This document shows positions 61,054 to 63,648 of a stretch of DNA of 63,648 nucleotides, in pieces; position 1 is the stretch's first letter; each line of letters opens with the position of its first letter. The position numbers and the translations under genes are program-made. This stretch comes from Candidatus Dormiibacterota bacterium. GTDB lineage: Bacteria > Chloroflexota > Dormibacteria > Aeolococcales > Aeolococcaceae. The stretch is taken from contig PLWW01000083.1 in NCBI GenBank assembly GCA_003153125.1, positions 60,676 to 124,323 of the forward strand, written 5' to 3'. The notes under the pieces are model-generated. The model was not told the origin of the DNA, searched no databases, and saw nothing but the letters and a program-made list of their open reading frames with translations.

Positions 61054-61975
61054 TCAGCACACCCAGCACCGCGGACGCCAGGTCTGAGGTCGTCGTCACC
61101 CCGGTGCGCTCGAGGCGCAGCGCGGCAGGCTCGTGGCGGAACCACGTGCGCTGGGCCTTGACGTACTGCCGGGTTCGCTGAGTGGCGGTTGCGCAGGCCT
61201 CCTCGACGGTCATCGTGGCCGCAACGACGGCCACGGCCTCGCGGTAGCCGATGCCGGCACGAGCCAGGACACCCGGGGCCGTGCCGGCCCGGAGCTCCGC
61301 TCGCACCTCGTCGAGGATGGCACCTCCGCGGAACATCGACGCGATCCGCGCCTCGAGCACGTGCCGGTGCAGGTCGCGGTCGGCGTCGAGCACGACCAGG
61401 TTCAGCTCGGGCCCGGCAGAGCGCTGCCGTCGTTCGGCGAGGCCGCCTTCCCCGGCGCGAAGCACCTCGAGGGCGCGGACCACTCGGCGCGGGTTGGCCA
61501 CGTCCAGGGTGGCTGCCCCGGCGGGATCGCGCGTGCGCAGTTCCGCGACCAGGAGCCCCAGCCCCTCAGGGGTTGCCGCCGCCGCGCTGAGCTGGTCGCG
61601 TTCGACCGGGTGCGGTGCGGCGCCGCCGAAGTCCCATCCCTCGCGGAGCGCGCGGATGTACTGGCCGGTCCCCCCGACCACCACCGCAGGGACGCCCCGC
61701 GCGGCCAGCCCGGCGAGGACGTCGCGGGCCAAGGCGAGCCACTGCGCAACGGTGAACAGCTCACCCGGCTCGCACACCGCCAGCAGGTGGCAGGGCACCC
61801 CACGCAGTTCCGCAACGGTCGGTGCAGCTGTCCCGGCCACCAGGCGGCGGAGTACCTGGCGGGAATCCGCGTTGACAATCTCCCCCCCGATGCGCCGCGC
61901 CACCTCGACGGCAAGCACTGTCTTACCGGTGGCGGTCGGGCCCCCGATGGCGAGAATCGGTGGCGGCGGAGTCAC
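61043..61975 (-). CDS. miaA: tRNA dimethylallyltransferase
   Basis: ILAIGGPTATGKT, EIVNADSRQV, and VVVGGTGQYIRAL. GTG 61975 overlaps the mutL stop (GTGA); the ORF track start is 62509. Confidence 0.9.
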   Translation of the reverse strand: MTPPPPILAIGGPTATGKTVLAVEVARRIGGEIVNADSRQVLRRLVAGTAAPTVAELRGVPCHLLAVCEPGELFTVAQWLALARDVLAGLAARGVPAVVVGGTGQYIRALREGWDFGGAAPHPVERDQLSAAAATPEGLGLLVAELRTRDPAGAATLDVANPRRVVRALEVLRAGEGGLAERRQRSAGPELNLVVLDADRDLHRHVLEARIASMFRGGAILDEVRAELRAGTAPGVLARAGIGYREAVAVVAATMTVEEACATATQRTRQYVKAQRTWFRHEPAALRLERTGVTTTSDLASAVLGVLTTG

Positions 61976-63648
61976 CCCGGGGGGCGTCGGAAGATGCGCC
62001 GCAGCATGTCGTCGTCGAAGAGCGCCAGCGCAGGCCGGCCGTGCGGGCAGGTGAGGCCGCCGGGGGTGGCGACCAGGCCGTCGAGGAGGCGTTGCTGAGC
62101 ATCTGGGGACAGCTCGTCGCCGAACCTGACCGCGCCATGGCAGGCGATCAGCGCGGCGGCGCGGTGACGCTGCTCGGTGACCGGGCCTCCCGCCCCGAGC
62201 GAATCGAGGAGGTCGCCGACGAGGCGGCTCGGATCCGTCGCCGCCACCCCGGCCGGGACGGCGGTGCAGCGCAGGCTGTTCGGGCCGAACGCCTCGACGG
62301 TGAAGCCGCACAGGGCGAGGAGGGCGCCGTGGGCCGCGAACAGCTCCATGCGCCGGGCATCGCATTCCAGCACCGCCGGGATGAGCAACAACTGCCCGGC
62401 CGGCGACCCGGACGACCATTCCTGGAGAAGCTGCGTGTACAGCACCTTCTCGTGGGCGGCATGGGGGTCGACGATGACCACCCCCACCCCGGAGGTGGCC
62501 AGCAGCCACCGGCCGCCCTGCTGTCCCAGGGCTCGGAGCGGGCGCAGGGACTCGAGCAACGTCCGCGACGCCGGCACCCCCGTGCCCGGCAGCGCGGGCG
62601 GCGCGGGCTCATCGCTCGTGCGGCTTCCCGCCGGGTCGCCCGCTCCTCCCGGCGCAGCATCCCGCGCGTTCCCCGTCGGGATCCATGACGAGGATGCGTC
62701 GAGAAATCCGAGGCCCGCGCCGTGACCGTCCTCAGCGTGGTACACCGACGCGCCCCGCAGCGCCGTCCAGCAGGCGCGCTGCACCGCCGCGAACACCGCC
62801 CGCTCATCGCGGAAGCGCACCTCACGCTTGGTTGGGTGCACGTTGACGTCCACCTCGAGCGGATCGACGGCGACGCTGAGCACCCCGAAGGGATACCTTC
62901 GCGCCGGGACGAGGCCGCGATACGCCTCGGCGACGGCGGCAACCAGGGCGCGGTTGTGCACGCGACGGCCGTTGACAACGATCACCAGCCCCGAGCGGTT
63001 CCCGCGGTGGCGGCGCGGCTCGCTGATCGCACCGGCGACGTTGATGTCACCCTCGGCGGCAAGAGGCAGCAGCTCTGCCGCCTCGGACCCGAACACGCAG
63101 CGCAAAGCGTCGTCGAGCCCGCTTCCCGGCGAACGCAGGCGGGTGCGACCGTCGACCACGCACCTGACGCGCAGCTCTGGCTGGACGAGCGCAAGGTCGC
63201 TGACAACCGCCAGCGCGGCAGCGACTTCGGCCCGCTCGCCGCGGAGGAAACGCAGCCGGGCCGGCGTGGCGGCGAAGAGGTCGAGCACCTCCACAGCCGT
63301 CCCGACTGGACCGCCCCATCCGCCCTCCTCCACCGTCTCGCCATGGCGCACACGCAGGCGCGCCCCAGCGGGGGCCCCGGCCACGCGCGAACACAGGGTC
63401 ACGTCGGCCACCGCCGCGATGCTCGCCAGCGCCTCGCCACGAAACCCCAGTGTGGTCACGGTCTCGAGGTCGGCGGCCAGGCTGATCTTCGAGGTGGCGT
63501 GTCGCGCCATGGCCAGGCCGAGCTGGGCGGCGGGGATGCCCGTGCCGTTGTCGACAACCCTGATGCGCACGGTTCCCCCGGAGTCGACGGCCACGTCGAT
63601 GCTTGTGGCGCCGGCGTCGACCGCGTTCTCGCACAGCTCCTTGACCAC
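61972..63648 (-). CDS. mutL: DNA mismatch repair protein MutL, N-terminus cut by window edge
   Basis: VKELCENAVDAGATSIDV, VVDNGTGI, TLGFRGEALASI, and HPTKREVRF. About 25 N-terminal residues are missing. Confidence 0.93.
   Translation of the reverse strand: MVKELCENAVDAGATSIDVAVDSGGTVRIRVVDNGTGIPAAQLGLAMARHATSKISLAADLETVTTLGFRGEALASIAAVADVTLCSRVAGAPAGARLRVRHGETVEEGGWGGPVGTAVEVLDLFAATPARLRFLRGERAEVAAALAVVSDLALVQPELRVRCVVDGRTRLRSPGSGLDDALRCVFGSEAAELLPLAAEGDINVAGAISEPRRHRGNRSGLVIVVNGRRVHNRALVAAVAEAYRGLVPARRYPFGVLSVAVDPLEVDVNVHPTKREVRFRDERAVFAAVQRACWTALRGASVYHAEDGHGAGLGFLDASSSWIPTGNARDAAPGGAGDPAGSRTSDEPAPPALPGTGVPASRTLLESLRPLRALGQQGGRWLLATSGVGVVIVDPHAAHEKVLYTQLLQEWSSGSPAGQLLLIPAVLECDARRMELFAAHGALLALCGFTVEAFGPNSLRCTAVPAGVAATDPSRLVGDLLDSLGAGGPVTEQRHRAAALIACHGAVRFGDELSPDAQQRLLDGLVATPGGLTCPHGRPALALFDDDMLRRIFRRPPG

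Overview
GC-rich (about 70% by eye, not computed), Actinomycetota-like chromosomal window. Supporting signs are a CGAAC-N4-GTTCG SOS box, frequent GTG/TTG starts, leaderless-type promoters and many ATGA/GTGA stop-start overlaps. I saw no rRNA, tRNA, CRISPR array or transposase. About 60 genes fall into modules. (1) pntAA-pntAB-pntB transhydrogenase. (2) A stress/dormancy-like island: BON, FmdB zinc ribbon, phosphoribosyltransferase, cupin, CtpF-like P-type ATPase, USP genes and a USP remnant, a HAD-GH65 fusion, a host-attachment/eRF1-like protein and a GT4. (3) An SQR-like/TusE/DsrE sulfur-relay operon, with a mosaic decayed copy 14 kb away. (4) A GltD-like/PFOR/DHOD-like redox operon. (5) A sugar ABC importer. 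(6) Rieske-DUF2231, truncated haemoglobin, AKR, pyrF, HDAC-like and neighbours. (7) The most unusual part: a ~10.7 kb island (37133-47801) with five ATP-dependent amide ligases (three paralogous ATP-grasp, one atypical ATP-grasp, one GCS2/YbdK), an S51-like protein, two esterases, proC and a methyltransferase. It fits no biosynthetic template I know. (8) A zinc-ribbon remnant plus an MFS-cNMP fusion. (9) An ECF sigma/anti-sigma/ABC-2 operon. (10) A lone tyrosine recombinase beside an AT-rich patch. (11) An SOS neighbourhood: lexA, an SOS-boxed probably leaderless LysM protein, NUDIX, miaA, mutL. Several gene remnants sit at operon borders. All calls come from reading translations and sequence by eye; no database search or computation was run, and start codons are often provisional.
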